Assembly (NCBI GenBank): GCA_030550775.1
Contig: JAUQOS010000001.1
Span: 19,259-83,258 of the forward strand
DNA length: 64,000 bases
Reading direction: 5' to 3'
Source of the DNA: Armatimonadota bacterium
GTDB lineage: Bacteria > Armatimonadota > Fimbriimonadia > Fimbriimonadales > GBS-DC
Shown: in pieces, positions 7,707-17,000 of the stretch
Layout of the letters: every line of letters starts with the position of its first letter
Numbering within the stretch: position 1 is the stretch's first letter
Position numbers and translations under genes: made by a program
Notes under the pieces: generated by a model
What the model was told of the DNA's origin: nothing
Database searches by the model: none
The model's input: the letters and a program-made list of their open reading frames with translations, nothing else

Positions 7707-9010
7707 CCGTTTCCCAAGCGCACTTTGAAGGGCTGACACCCAACCCGAGTTGGGCGTTTCAGGAACTCACCCAGAAACAAACAAACTACGCCACTCACGG
7801 CTACCATCGTTACCCCGCCAAGTTCATCCCCCAACTGGCAGCCCGCCTCATTGAAGAATATTCCTCACCTAACGACTGGGTCGTAGATCCTTTTATGGGT
7901 TCGGGCACCACACTCGTGGAAGCGAAACTATTAGGACGCCCCAGTGTAGGCACCGACATCAATCCCGTTGCTCACCTTATCGCACGAGCGAAAACCCAAG
8001 CCATCGAACCAGAATACCTTGCGCAAACCATTGAACAAGTGCTAAGCTCGCTTTACAACACGGCTCAGCCAAGCCTCTTCGAAGAGCTACTGGAAAAAAC
8101 TGCCATAAGCCCCCCAGAATGGCACGAACGCCTCCGCTACTGGTTCCCCGAGAGCGCCCTCCAGCAACTGGCACAAATCCAACATGCAATCAACCGCATA
8201 CCCGACGATTCCGTACGCACATTCCTCGCATGCGCACTTTCGCATATCTTAAAAACCGTCTCATTCTGGCACGACCGAAGCGTGGAACCGATACGCAAAC
8301 TTAACAAAACCATTCCTGACGCACGTGTAGCGTTCCAGAAACACCTCAAGCGAATGGCACGGGGTAATCGCGAGTTTTGGGAGTTGCTGACCCTACACTC
8401 AAGGCTGGATGTGCCTACCCTTCCCCACTGCGCCGATGCGCGTACGCTCCCACTTGTCGACGAATCGGCTACCCTCGTCGTAACCTCGCCACCGTATGTC
8501 ACCAGCTACGAGTATGCGGATCTCCATCAGCTAAGTGCCCTTTGGTTTGGCTGGACAAGCAACCTGCAAGAGTTTCGGCAAAGATTCATCGGGCGCACCA
8601 ACAACAACCACGCGAGAACCCTCGAGTTAGGGTCAACCCTCGCGGAACGAATCGTGGCTCAACTTGCTGAAATTTGCCCACGAAAAGCACGTGAAGTCGC
8701 CCTCTATTTCAGCGAAATGGCTACCTGCTTCGGCGAAATGCGACGTATTCTGAAACCCGGCGGCTATGTCTGTATCGTAATCGGCAACACGAACCTGTGC
8801 GGCGTGGAAGTGCAAAACGCGCAGGTTTTCACGGAACAGCTCGATGCACTAGGCTTTTCCATTGAGCGCGTCATTCTGCGCGAAATTCCGTCCAAAATCC
8901 TTCCGCGTACACGCGACAAAACAACAGGCAAGTTCGCCAAAACCGAAGAAGCGAACTACATCGCTTACCCAACAGAATATATTCTCGTGGCTCGGCGTGC
9001 TTGCTCCTAA
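7688..9010 (+). CDS. DNA amino-methyltransferase (N4-cytosine/N6-adenine family, SPPY type, alpha motif order)
   Basis: SAM motif DPFMGSGTT (7886-7912) precedes catalytic motif TSPPY (SPPY at 8486-8497). ATG 7688 follows SD GGGGAGGA. The ORF-track extension back to 7502 overlaps the endonuclease and I discount it. Confidence 0.85.
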   Translation: MAASRLAVSQAHFEGLTPNPSWAFQELTQKQTNYATHGYHRYPAKFIPQLAARLIEEYSSPNDWVVDPFMGSGTTLVEAKLLGRPSVGTDINPVAHLIARAKTQAIEPEYLAQTIEQVLSSLYNTAQPSLFEELLEKTAISPPEWHERLRYWFPESALQQLAQIQHAINRIPDDSVRTFLACALSHILKTVSFWHDRSVEPIRKLNKTIPDARVAFQKHLKRMARGNREFWELLTLHSRLDVPTLPHCADARTLPLVDESATLVVTSPPYVTSYEYADLHQLSALWFGWTSNLQEFRQRFIGRTNNNHARTLELGSTLAERIVAQLAEICPRKAREVALYFSEMATCFGEMRRILKPGGYVCIVIGNTNLCGVEVQNAQVFTEQLDALGFSIERVILREIPSKILPRTRDKTTGKFAKTEEANYIAYPTEYILVARRACS

Positions 9011-9015
9011 ATCGA

Positions 9016-9032
9016 GTATAATACGCTTCGTG
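9016..9032 (+). repeat. Right copy of the 17-bp direct repeat
   Basis: GTATAATACGCTTCGTG. Its terminal GTG (9030) is the most plausible start of the Dop/PafA-family gene. Confidence 0.8.
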
Positions 9033-10571
9033 AACCGCCTGGTGGGGATTGAAACCGAGTATGGTCTATATGTGGAGGGGCGTGGGGTCGCCGACCAAGT
9101 GATGGAGGCGGTGAACCTGCTGCGCAATTGCCCGTTTCCCGCGGTTAGGGGCTGCTGGGATTACCGCTTGGAAGACCCGCGACGCGACATGCGTGGCTTC
9201 CGCGTGGAGCAACTCGCCGTAGACCCTGCCGATGCTCAAATTGAGCGCGAGCACCCCGTCACCCTCTCCGAGCGCGAAGTGCGTAATGACCATGTGCTTA
9301 CCAACGGCGCACGCCTCTACAACGACCACGCTCACCCCGAATACGCCACCCCCGAGTGTCGCCGCCTAATGGACCTTATCGCTCACGACAAAGCTGGCGA
9401 ACGCATCGTGCTGGCTTGCGCCCAAGCCTACGCTCAAAAAGCAGGTACCACCGTCAAACTTTACAAAAACAACACCGATTACCACGGCAGCAGCTACGGC
9501 ACCCACGAAAGCTACCTCCTGACCCGCGAGATACCTTTTGACACCTTAGCCACCACGATGATGCCGTTTTTGACCACACGGCAAATTTTCGCGGGTGCAG
9601 GCAAAGTGGGCGTGGAGGTCAACACCACCCCGCGCGTGCCGTACCAGATTAGTCAACGCGCCGACTTTTACATGGACACGATGAATGTAGAAACGCTCTA
9701 CCGCCGTCCGATTTTCAATACCCGCGACGAACCCCACGCCAAAATGCGCTACTATCGTCGGCTGCATGTCATCTGCGGCGACGCCAACATGAGTGAGTAT
9801 GCCACCGCGCTCAAAGTAGGCACTACCGCACTCGTGCTGGACTTGCTGGAAGAGGGCTGGGCAATCGACTTTTTCATTATTGAACCTGTGCGTGCTGCGC
9901 AAAGCATCTCGCGCGACCCCGACGGCAAGTGGCTCGTGGAAACCGACGCGGGCGTGATGAGCGCGATTGATATCCAACGCCATTATCTTCAGGCAGCGCA
10001 CACTCGGTTTGCAGGTCGCGACGCCGAAACCGACTGGCTGCTGCGCGAATGGGAAACTGTGCTCGACCTGTTGGAAACCGAACCCGAGCTGCTCAGCAAC
10101 CGCTTGGATTGGATCGCCAAACGCCAGCTGCTTACCCTGTTTGCCGAAACCGAGGGCATCGCACTGGATGACCCCGTAATGATTGCCCTCGACTTGGCGT
10201 ATCATGATATAGACCCTGCCGAGGGGCTATACTATGCCTTAGTCGAGCAAGGGCGTATGCAAACTTTGGTCAGCCCCGAGGCAGTGGAACTGGCAATGCG
10301 CCAGCCGCCAGCAGATACACGGGCGTACATTCGAGGTTTGGTGGTTGAACGCTACCCATCACAAGTGGAAAGCCTCAACTGGGAGCGTATCATCCTGCGC
10401 AACGAGGAGCAAACCGTGCGGCTGGACTTGAGCCAGCTGCTGGGCAATCTGCGCGATTTGAACCGCCGTCTTACGGCGGCACAAAGCATCACCGAGTTCG
10501 TGCAACTATTGCAATCGCCCCACAGGGCGAGCGAAACCAACAAGGAGGCACGCAATGATACTGCAGGCTGA
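9030..10571 (+). CDS. dop: Pup-ligase/deamidase family protein (Dop-like)
   Basis: N-terminus (M)NRLVGIETEYG. Also carries NGARLYNDHAHPEYATPEC; DHAHPEY looks more Dop-like than PafA-like, though this is from memory. The ORF-track start at 8862 overlaps the methylase. GTG 9030 lies 7 nt after TATAAT (9017-9022). Confidence 0.8.
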   Translation: MNRLVGIETEYGLYVEGRGVADQVMEAVNLLRNCPFPAVRGCWDYRLEDPRRDMRGFRVEQLAVDPADAQIEREHPVTLSEREVRNDHVLTNGARLYNDHAHPEYATPECRRLMDLIAHDKAGERIVLACAQAYAQKAGTTVKLYKNNTDYHGSSYGTHESYLLTREIPFDTLATTMMPFLTTRQIFAGAGKVGVEVNTTPRVPYQISQRADFYMDTMNVETLYRRPIFNTRDEPHAKMRYYRRLHVICGDANMSEYATALKVGTTALVLDLLEEGWAIDFFIIEPVRAAQSISRDPDGKWLVETDAGVMSAIDIQRHYLQAAHTRFAGRDAETDWLLREWETVLDLLETEPELLSNRLDWIAKRQLLTLFAETEGIALDDPVMIALDLAYHDIDPAEGLYYALVEQGRMQTLVSPEAVELAMRQPPADTRAYIRGLVVERYPSQVESLNWERIILRNEEQTVRLDLSQLLGNLRDLNRRLTAAQSITEFVQLLQSPHRASETNKEARNDTAG

Positions 10572-10743
10572 AGAGCGCGTCCGACGCTCAATACCAACTG
10601 AGCCGCTGACCCGCCCTGGCGGCGACGGCGACGGTCCAAGCCGTCCCGATGTGAAACGACCCGACACCAACGAGTTGCTGCGGCGTATGCGTCGCGTTGA
10701 TCCTGAGCAGGCGCGTCGCTACCGCCAACGCAGCGGCGAATAG
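10555..10743 (+). CDS. UBact/Pup-like small protein modifier
   Basis: 62 aa, predicted disordered, with a Gly/Asp stretch (PGGDGDGP). The C-terminus is ...VDPEQARRYRQRSGE (terminal Gly-Glu). SD AAGGAGG lies 6 nt upstream. It sits between the Dop-like gene and prcB. Confidence 0.75.
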   Translation: MILQAEERVRRSIPTEPLTRPGGDGDGPSRPDVKRPDTNELLRRMRRVDPEQARRYRQRSGE

Positions 10744-10981
10744 CTACCAACCTCAACATTAGCGCCTTGCTGACAAGCAGAGCTAATGCAGGTCGACTTA
10801 GTCGGCAGCACGGGAACGGCACGCCCCATGAACCATCGCACCAAAAGATGAACAACTAAAGCCGTTCCTGTGCATCATAAGCCTGCTCGTGCAGGTTATG
10901 CAGTGTTAGTATTTTCTCAACGACCCGTTCGCGAGACGCGAACGCTACAAAATAACGAACGGAAAAGACTCGTTTACGACC
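10744..10981 (+). other. Highly structured 238-nt spacer between the UBact gene and prcB
   Basis: Stems seen by eye: CATTAGC..TTGCT gac AAGCA..GCTAATG (10757-10788); GCACGGGAACGGC (10808-10820) pairing with GCCGTTCCTGTGC (10861-10873); CATAAGCCTGC tcgt GCAGGTTATG (10877-10900); CGTTCGCG aga CGCGAACG (10926-10944). Confidence 0.35.
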
Positions 10982-11779
10982 ATGCGGACACATATAGGCG
11001 ACTTTTTTGAATTATTGCAACGCTATCAGGCGCAAACGGGCGTACGCATCCCCATGTTGCAGCCCTTAGAAACGCCCGCTCACACCCCGAACAGCGCGCT
11101 GGAAGTGCACGGCACAACAGTTATCGCCCTGAAGTTCAAGGGCGGCGTGCTGAATGTGGGCGACCGACGCGCCACCGCCGCGAACGCCGTGATGTACGAC
11201 CGCGCCGACAAGATTGTTCCGTTAGACGACTACACGCTGATTGCCATCGCTGGGGCATACGGGCGTGCGATGGAGGTCGTGCGGTACCTGCGCCACGCCT
11301 TCAAGTACTACGCCCGCAGTCAGCTGCAACCAATGAGCCTCGATGGCAAACTGCAAGAAGTTAGCCGTGTCCTCTCGGCAAACCTGCCGAATGCTTTGGG
11401 CGGTATCGGGCTGTTCGTGCCCATCCTCAGCGTGTACGATCCCGACCAAGACCGCGGACGCATCTTCTTCTTCGATATCAGTGGGGCGCGGTTTGAAACC
11501 CCGGAATACGGCGCCGCTGGCTCGGGCGCGGAACGCATCCGTGGTGTGTTTGATTACATTACCAAAACCAAAGGCGCCTTCAGTGAGCGACCGCTGGAAG
11601 AAGTGCTGCGCGAGGCGATCCTGCTGCTCGACATCGCCGCCGACTTAGACGCTGCCACTGGCGGTATAGATAAAGTATTGCCTACCGCCCGCTACGCTAC
11701 CCGCGAGGGCGTGTTCGAAGTGCCCGAAGAGACTATCCGCGCGATCGTGCAATCCATCCGCACAGGAGGCAACGCCTGA
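10982..11779 (+). CDS. prcB: Proteasome subunit beta
   Basis: Propeptide followed by HG|TTVIALKFKGGVLNVGDRRAT (N-terminal Thr nucleophile motif). The stop overlaps the prcA start (ATGA-type junction at 11779). Confidence 0.9.
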   Translation: MRTHIGDFFELLQRYQAQTGVRIPMLQPLETPAHTPNSALEVHGTTVIALKFKGGVLNVGDRRATAANAVMYDRADKIVPLDDYTLIAIAGAYGRAMEVVRYLRHAFKYYARSQLQPMSLDGKLQEVSRVLSANLPNALGGIGLFVPILSVYDPDQDRGRIFFFDISGARFETPEYGAAGSGAERIRGVFDYITKTKGAFSERPLEEVLREAILLLDIAADLDAATGGIDKVLPTARYATREGVFEVPEETIRAIVQSIRTGGNA

Positions 11780-12531
11780 TGCTAACCCCTTACGATTTTC
11801 AGGAGAACCTTCAGCAGCGCGCCCAATATATTCGCAACCGTTTGCGCGCAGGCAGCCCCGTCATCGGCATCAGCTACGACAACGGCATTATGCTATTGTC
11901 GTTCAAGCGACGCGGGCGCAAAGTGTTCGAAATCTACGACCGCTTGATGTTCTCTGCCATTGGCAACCAAGCCGATGTGGAGAATCTGCGCTTGGCAGCG
12001 ATTGACTTCTCGCATCAAGAGGGCTTCGTGCGCAGCCCCGACGATGTGACGATCCAGCGCGTGGTGGGCTTTGCGCTTTCGCCCGCGCTCAAAAAAGCGT
12101 TCGGCGACCCGCTGACAGCGCCGTTTGTGGTGCGCGCGCTGTTTGCAGAGCTGCACGATACCCCCGAACACGACTTGTTCTACACCCTCAACTACGATGG
12201 CGAGTTCCTGCCCTACGAGCGCTTTGCCGTGATTGGCGGCACGGCAAACGCCGAGGAGCAAGCCACACGCTATTTGGAGGCGAACCTCAGTGGCGTGCCT
12301 ACTTTTGAGAGCAGCGTGCCGGTGGCGCTGACCGCGTGGGGCATCGCCTATGAGGCGGCGCAACTGGAAGAGGCAGACGGCGTTTCGGAAGAGGCAGGGC
12401 GACGCCGCCTGCGTGAACTGCTTGCCGAGGGGCAGCTGGAAGTAGGCATCTTAGAGCGGCACACCTTGCGCGAGAACCGCTTTCGCCTCGTGCCCCACGA
12501 GCAGATAGAGCCGTTCCTGCAACGGCTGTAG
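11779..12531 (+). CDS. prcA: Proteasome subunit alpha
   Basis: 250 aa, immediately after prcB. Shows the typical alpha-subunit N-terminus and core (VIGISYDNGIMLLS, FSAIGNQADVENLR). Confidence 0.85.
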   Translation: MLTPYDFQENLQQRAQYIRNRLRAGSPVIGISYDNGIMLLSFKRRGRKVFEIYDRLMFSAIGNQADVENLRLAAIDFSHQEGFVRSPDDVTIQRVVGFALSPALKKAFGDPLTAPFVVRALFAELHDTPEHDLFYTLNYDGEFLPYERFAVIGGTANAEEQATRYLEANLSGVPTFESSVPVALTAWGIAYEAAQLEEADGVSEEAGRRRLRELLAEGQLEVGILERHTLRENRFRLVPHEQIEPFLQRL

Positions 12532-12533
12532 CG

Positions 12534-14036
12534 CTACTGGCGTGCGGTCGTCAGCGAAAGCCCAAACAGCACCGCACTCGGGTTGCGTCGCCAGAACACG
12601 AACGGCTCAATACAGCGGTCGCGCCAGCCCACCAGCAGCTGCACATCGTACAGTTCGCGGCCGTCGAGGTCAAACTTCAGCAATGCGCCCACACGTGCGT
12701 TGCCTTGTTGGTATTCTACACGAAAACTGGCTTCGCGCCGGGCGCGTATCTGCTCCGACAGGAAGGGGCTGGTGTGGCGCGTGGAGGTTTGCGCATAGCC
12801 CGCCATTAGGGTTAGTTGCTCGCGAGGTTGCCACACTATCTCCAACTGGGGGCGTAGCCACTGGTAAGTATCGGCGATGCCTTGATAGCGCGTCAGGCTA
12901 CTCCACAGGCGCAGCTGGAGCTGCACGCTTTGGTTTGTCCACAAAGGCTGAAGCCATTCGCCTTCCAAGCTCAGGCGTTCGCGTGTGGGGGTACGCTGCC
13001 CATCTATCCGCTCGCTAAGGCTGCCATAGCGTAGGCTTACCTCGCCCGTGCCCGTTCGCGCCCGCGTGGGCACGATTAGCCCCAGTTCGCGTCGCGAGAC
13101 GCGTAGGCGCTCGCGTGGGGCAAATAGCGGGCGTATATCCGACGAATACTCCACGCGCACGGTGGGGGCGGGGCGTGTCTGGGTGCGCTCAGGACGTGCG
13201 CGCAGGTTGTACAGTGGCGACTGTTCAAAGCGTAGGCGTAAGTCGGGGTCGCCAAGGCTGGGCTCGCCTTCGCTGAGAGCCGCACCTCCTATCAAGCGCA
13301 GTTCAGGCACCGCGTGCAGGTAGCTTACTATCCCACCTTGCATCACCAAGCGATCGCCGATGGGCAACTCCACCTGCATGCGCAGCCCCCACCCTGTCTC
13401 GCGTGCATATACGGGCGATGGCATACTCACAATCTCGGCGGTCTCGCGCAGGCGCAGTGTGAACTGAGGCAAGCTCAGCACTTGCCTGCCGTAAAGCACG
13501 AGGCGGGCGTTGCTGACTGTAAGGCGCGCCCCTTGACGCAATCGTATTCGCCCTGCCTGCACGCGAATGGGCGGGCGAAACGGATCGCAGGTGGAAACCG
13601 TCGCTTCGCGGGCAGAAAAATCACCGAGGTCTCCTTCCAGCACAGCGGCGCGAACATAAACCCCCAACACCTCGGCTTGCACACCTTCAAACCGCCCCCG
13701 CTGCAATGCGTAGAAATAATCAATGCGCTCGCCTTGCAACACACCTTCAGGGGCGAAGAAACGGAACGGTGCGTTCGCACGCACGCGCTGCTGTTGCGCG
13801 TCTACAGCGAACTGTTCGCCCTCAAGTGTGCGCCCCTGGTATTCCATCACGACGGCGCCCGAGAGGTTGAGCAGCAACGTGCCCTCGTTAGTGCGGATAA
13901 CCTCGTAGGTAAGGGCGCGGATGGTAAGCGCCTCTTCGGATTGGGGAGCGCCGACGGTGAGTAGAAACGCCGCCCCGCAACCGATCGCGAGGCGGCGCAA
14001 TTGGGTGGTTATCTGGCGCGTGGATGGAAATTGCAT
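12534..14036 (-). CDS. LptD/OstA-like outer-membrane protein (short, 500 aa)
   Basis: Signal/anchor LAIGCGAAFLLTVGAP, an OstA-like N-terminal beta-jellyroll pattern, and the motif ATVSTCDPFRPPIRVQAGRIRL...ARLVLYGRQVLSLPQF, which resembles the LptD T-T-C-D...P-W signature. The C-terminal half has alternating beta-strand character. GGGTATAAT (complement of 14048-14056) lies 11 nt upstream of the ATG. Confidence 0.5.
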   Translation of the reverse strand: MQFPSTRQITTQLRRLAIGCGAAFLLTVGAPQSEEALTIRALTYEVIRTNEGTLLLNLSGAVVMEYQGRTLEGEQFAVDAQQQRVRANAPFRFFAPEGVLQGERIDYFYALQRGRFEGVQAEVLGVYVRAAVLEGDLGDFSAREATVSTCDPFRPPIRVQAGRIRLRQGARLTVSNARLVLYGRQVLSLPQFTLRLRETAEIVSMPSPVYARETGWGLRMQVELPIGDRLVMQGGIVSYLHAVPELRLIGGAALSEGEPSLGDPDLRLRFEQSPLYNLRARPERTQTRPAPTVRVEYSSDIRPLFAPRERLRVSRRELGLIVPTRARTGTGEVSLRYGSLSERIDGQRTPTRERLSLEGEWLQPLWTNQSVQLQLRLWSSLTRYQGIADTYQWLRPQLEIVWQPREQLTLMAGYAQTSTRHTSPFLSEQIRARREASFRVEYQQGNARVGALLKFDLDGRELYDVQLLVGWRDRCIEPFVFWRRNPSAVLFGLSLTTARQ

Positions 14037-14058
14037 CCGCCGCGCCGATTATACCCGT

Positions 14059-17000
14059 TTAGTCGCGGTCGGGATCATAGGGGCTCGGGTAGAAGCGCGG
14101 TTGCAGGGCAGCCCCGTAGATGTTGCCCACGCCGTTGCGCGTGCTGCTCCAGAACAAGAGCAACGCCTCATCCAGACCGCCGTACTGGTCGTTGAATAGG
14201 CTGCGCGAGATATCGCGGAACTCCAAGTTTGGCATTGCCCACAGGTAAAGTTCGTTGGTGGGCAGGTCAATCGGCACAGGTGAGGTGTACTCAGGCTCCG
14301 CGCCCAGCCCGCGTGGCAGGTTGCCTTCATCAATCCAGCGGATGATTTGGATCTCTTCTTGCTCCACGATGCGCCCGTCTGGGGTGCGGGTTAGGTAGCG
14401 CACGCGCACCTGCTTGCCAAGGTCTTGCGCGGTGAAGTAGATGTTGCCGCGTTGCGCATCGTACTCGTAGAAGCCAAGTGCCGCGCCGGGGGCGTTCACG
14501 CCCACAAGCTGCACTGTGGCGTGGTTGGTGCCTTGAAGGAGCGTGGCACTGGCATCCAGCGGCAGCTGTCCGCGAACGGTTAGAATCGGCGCATTTAGCC
14601 GAATGCCTGGGCGCAGGGTCTTGAAGAAGAAACCGCCTGCACTATTGGGGGCGGGGCTGCTGCGTCGGAAGAAGACCCACACGCGATCCACCGTTGGGCG
14701 GTCGTCAGGGCTGCACACGCGGTTGAAGTCGCCCTTGCGCACAGGCGAGTCAGCGAGGCGCGTGGTAGCATGGCGCGGGTTGAGCGTGCGCTGAAACACC
14801 ACACGCACCTGCCCGTAAGTGCCTGCGGAGCCGGGCGCAGGCTCGTTTAGGCGATAAACGCGCGGGCGGTAGGTTACGGTCACGAGATCGCGTGCACGCG
14901 GTGCCATGTCTACAAAGCGTATCGTGCCCGTGGCAGGGTCAACCACAACGCGCCCGCGTGGGACAAGCGTGTTGCCGCTTACCTCGTTGTAGGCAAACAC
15001 CAGCAAGCCCGTTTGGGTGTCAACTGCTGGTTGTTGCAGGCGCAACTGGGCAGGATTGGCAGGGTTGCGCTCCAGCAGGATTGACCTGCCGTTGACCTTG
15101 ATATCTAAGTCTGGGTTGTTGGGGTCGCGGTTCCAGTCGCCAAACAGGGCGACCCAGTCAAGGTGGCGTGTGCGCCACACATTTTGGTTGGGGTCTTTGC
15201 GCGCCACCTCATCGGTGATGGCAGCGATGTAGCGTGGCAGCAGAGCATCGGTGATGGCTTCGCGTGCCTGACGGTCGGTCAAGGGCACTAACCGGCGTGT
15301 GAACGGGTTGATGTAGAAGCGTTGCATAAGCACTTCAGGCTCACTCTGGTCGCCCACGGTGCCCACGAAGAACACATCTGCCAGCAGCACGAAACCACTT
15401 GCCAAGTTGCTGGGGTCAGCTGCCACACGGTAGATGTTCGCGCCGACGCTCTCCACCGAGCGCACGATGCTCGACAGCGGCACGCGCTGTTCCGAGGGCA
15501 GTCGACGCACTGATTGCCAATCCGTAAACAGGTCGTTGGGGGTAGCGATGGTGAAAATACCGCTGCGCCCCGCAGGTGCTGCCACATAGAACAGCCAGTG
15601 TCCAACCCCTGTGATGCCAGTGATAGCAAGGCTGCTACGCGGCACAACGGGGTCCAGTGGCACGGTTTGCGGGTTGCCCAAAGGCAGCCCTGTGGCAGCG
15701 TCGAGGCGCACATAGAACAGCAATTCGTAGCGTTGATTGCGCACCACTACTTCGCCCGTCCAGAAGAGGAACGGCGCGCTGCCGGTGAAGTAGACAAACG
15801 GGCGATGATGTTTGATTGTGGCGATTTCAGATGCGGTCAGCGGGCGGTTCAGCCCCAACGCGGTGGCAAAGAGGGTGCCGTTGGGATCGTTCGGATAGGG
15901 TCCGAACAGTTCGCCCCACCAGCGGTCCGCGGAGGCAGGTTCCCAACCGTTGGTCGCACGCACTCCGTCTTGGTTGCGGTTGATGTTCCAGTTCAGCGTG
16001 GATTTGTACAGGTAGAAGCTGTCGGGACGGTTGGCTGGGTCGAAGCGGTTGCTTGCCCAATAGAGGTGCAGCCTACCCGTGTTGGGGTCGCGGAACGCCG
16101 CGGGGGTGAGGTCGCTGACGCGCAGCGCGTTGGGGGGCGGCACATCATCAATCATTGGGCGAACCCCGCGGTTGGTGCTGCCTGTGAGTTGCGTTTCGCG
16201 CACACGCACCACCAAGCGCATGGGCGGCACCGCAAAGCTCCATCCTTCCTGCACCACGCCTGCGCCCTGATTGGGTGGGCCGTTGTGTTGGTAGGGCGCC
16301 ACGAGCTGCGAATAGACGCCCAACGGTTGGAACGGCGGGATGGCGATTGAAACCAATGGCTTGCGCGGGAGCGGCACTTCCACATTGGCTGGGCGGCGCG
16401 GCGGAATCGCAGGAATGCCCAACACGGTGGCGGTGTAGTCGCCCACCTGCGGCTTCTGTAATACGGGAAACGGTTGGTTGAGGGTGGGCGTCCAGAACGG
16501 GTTCGGTTGGGGCCAGAAGCGCGGATCCAAGGTGCTGACCACCGTCGTCCACACTGGGATGCGCGCGAAGAAGGCTGCAGTATCGGAGTAGAGATACTCC
16601 GTGCCTTGAGGCGTGCCAAACGCTTTGCCCAAGTACACAGGGAACAAGTTGACATTGCCTTCGTTGCGTACGGTGAAGGGCTTCCAGAAGGGCTCAAACA
16701 GCGGGTTGTCGGGGCGGAACAGCGAGCCGGCATTGTTGGCAAACAGCGTGCCCCAGTTGAAACCAAAGCCGCCCGGCAGCGAACCGAAATCAATCGTCTG
16801 CTCTTCCACAAACATCCGCTCGTCAACCCGCACCGCGACGGTGGTGTTGACCACACGGTACGGCTCTGCAAACAGGTTGCGCGTGGCGTTGATGCCTGTG
16901 ATGTTCTCCAAGCGATCAATGCGCCCATTGCCGTTCACATCGTGGTAAATGATGATGCCACCGTCGTAGCCGCCAGGGTTGGCAGGCTGGAAGCGTGGGA

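Noticed and set aside
8862-9029. N-terminal extension of the Dop-like ORF (and the 7502-7687 extension of the methylase ORF)
   Set aside because: The extensions overlap the preceding genes in another frame and carry no conserved sequence. Good internal starts exist: GTG 9030 after TATAAT, and ATG 7688 after GGGGAGGA.
10352-10855. 167-aa minus-strand ORF covering the UBact gene
   Set aside because: It is antisense to the well-contextualised small modifier gene (strong SD, conserved C-terminus, conserved locus position). Its composition is Arg/Ser/Leu-rich, as expected for a shadow ORF.
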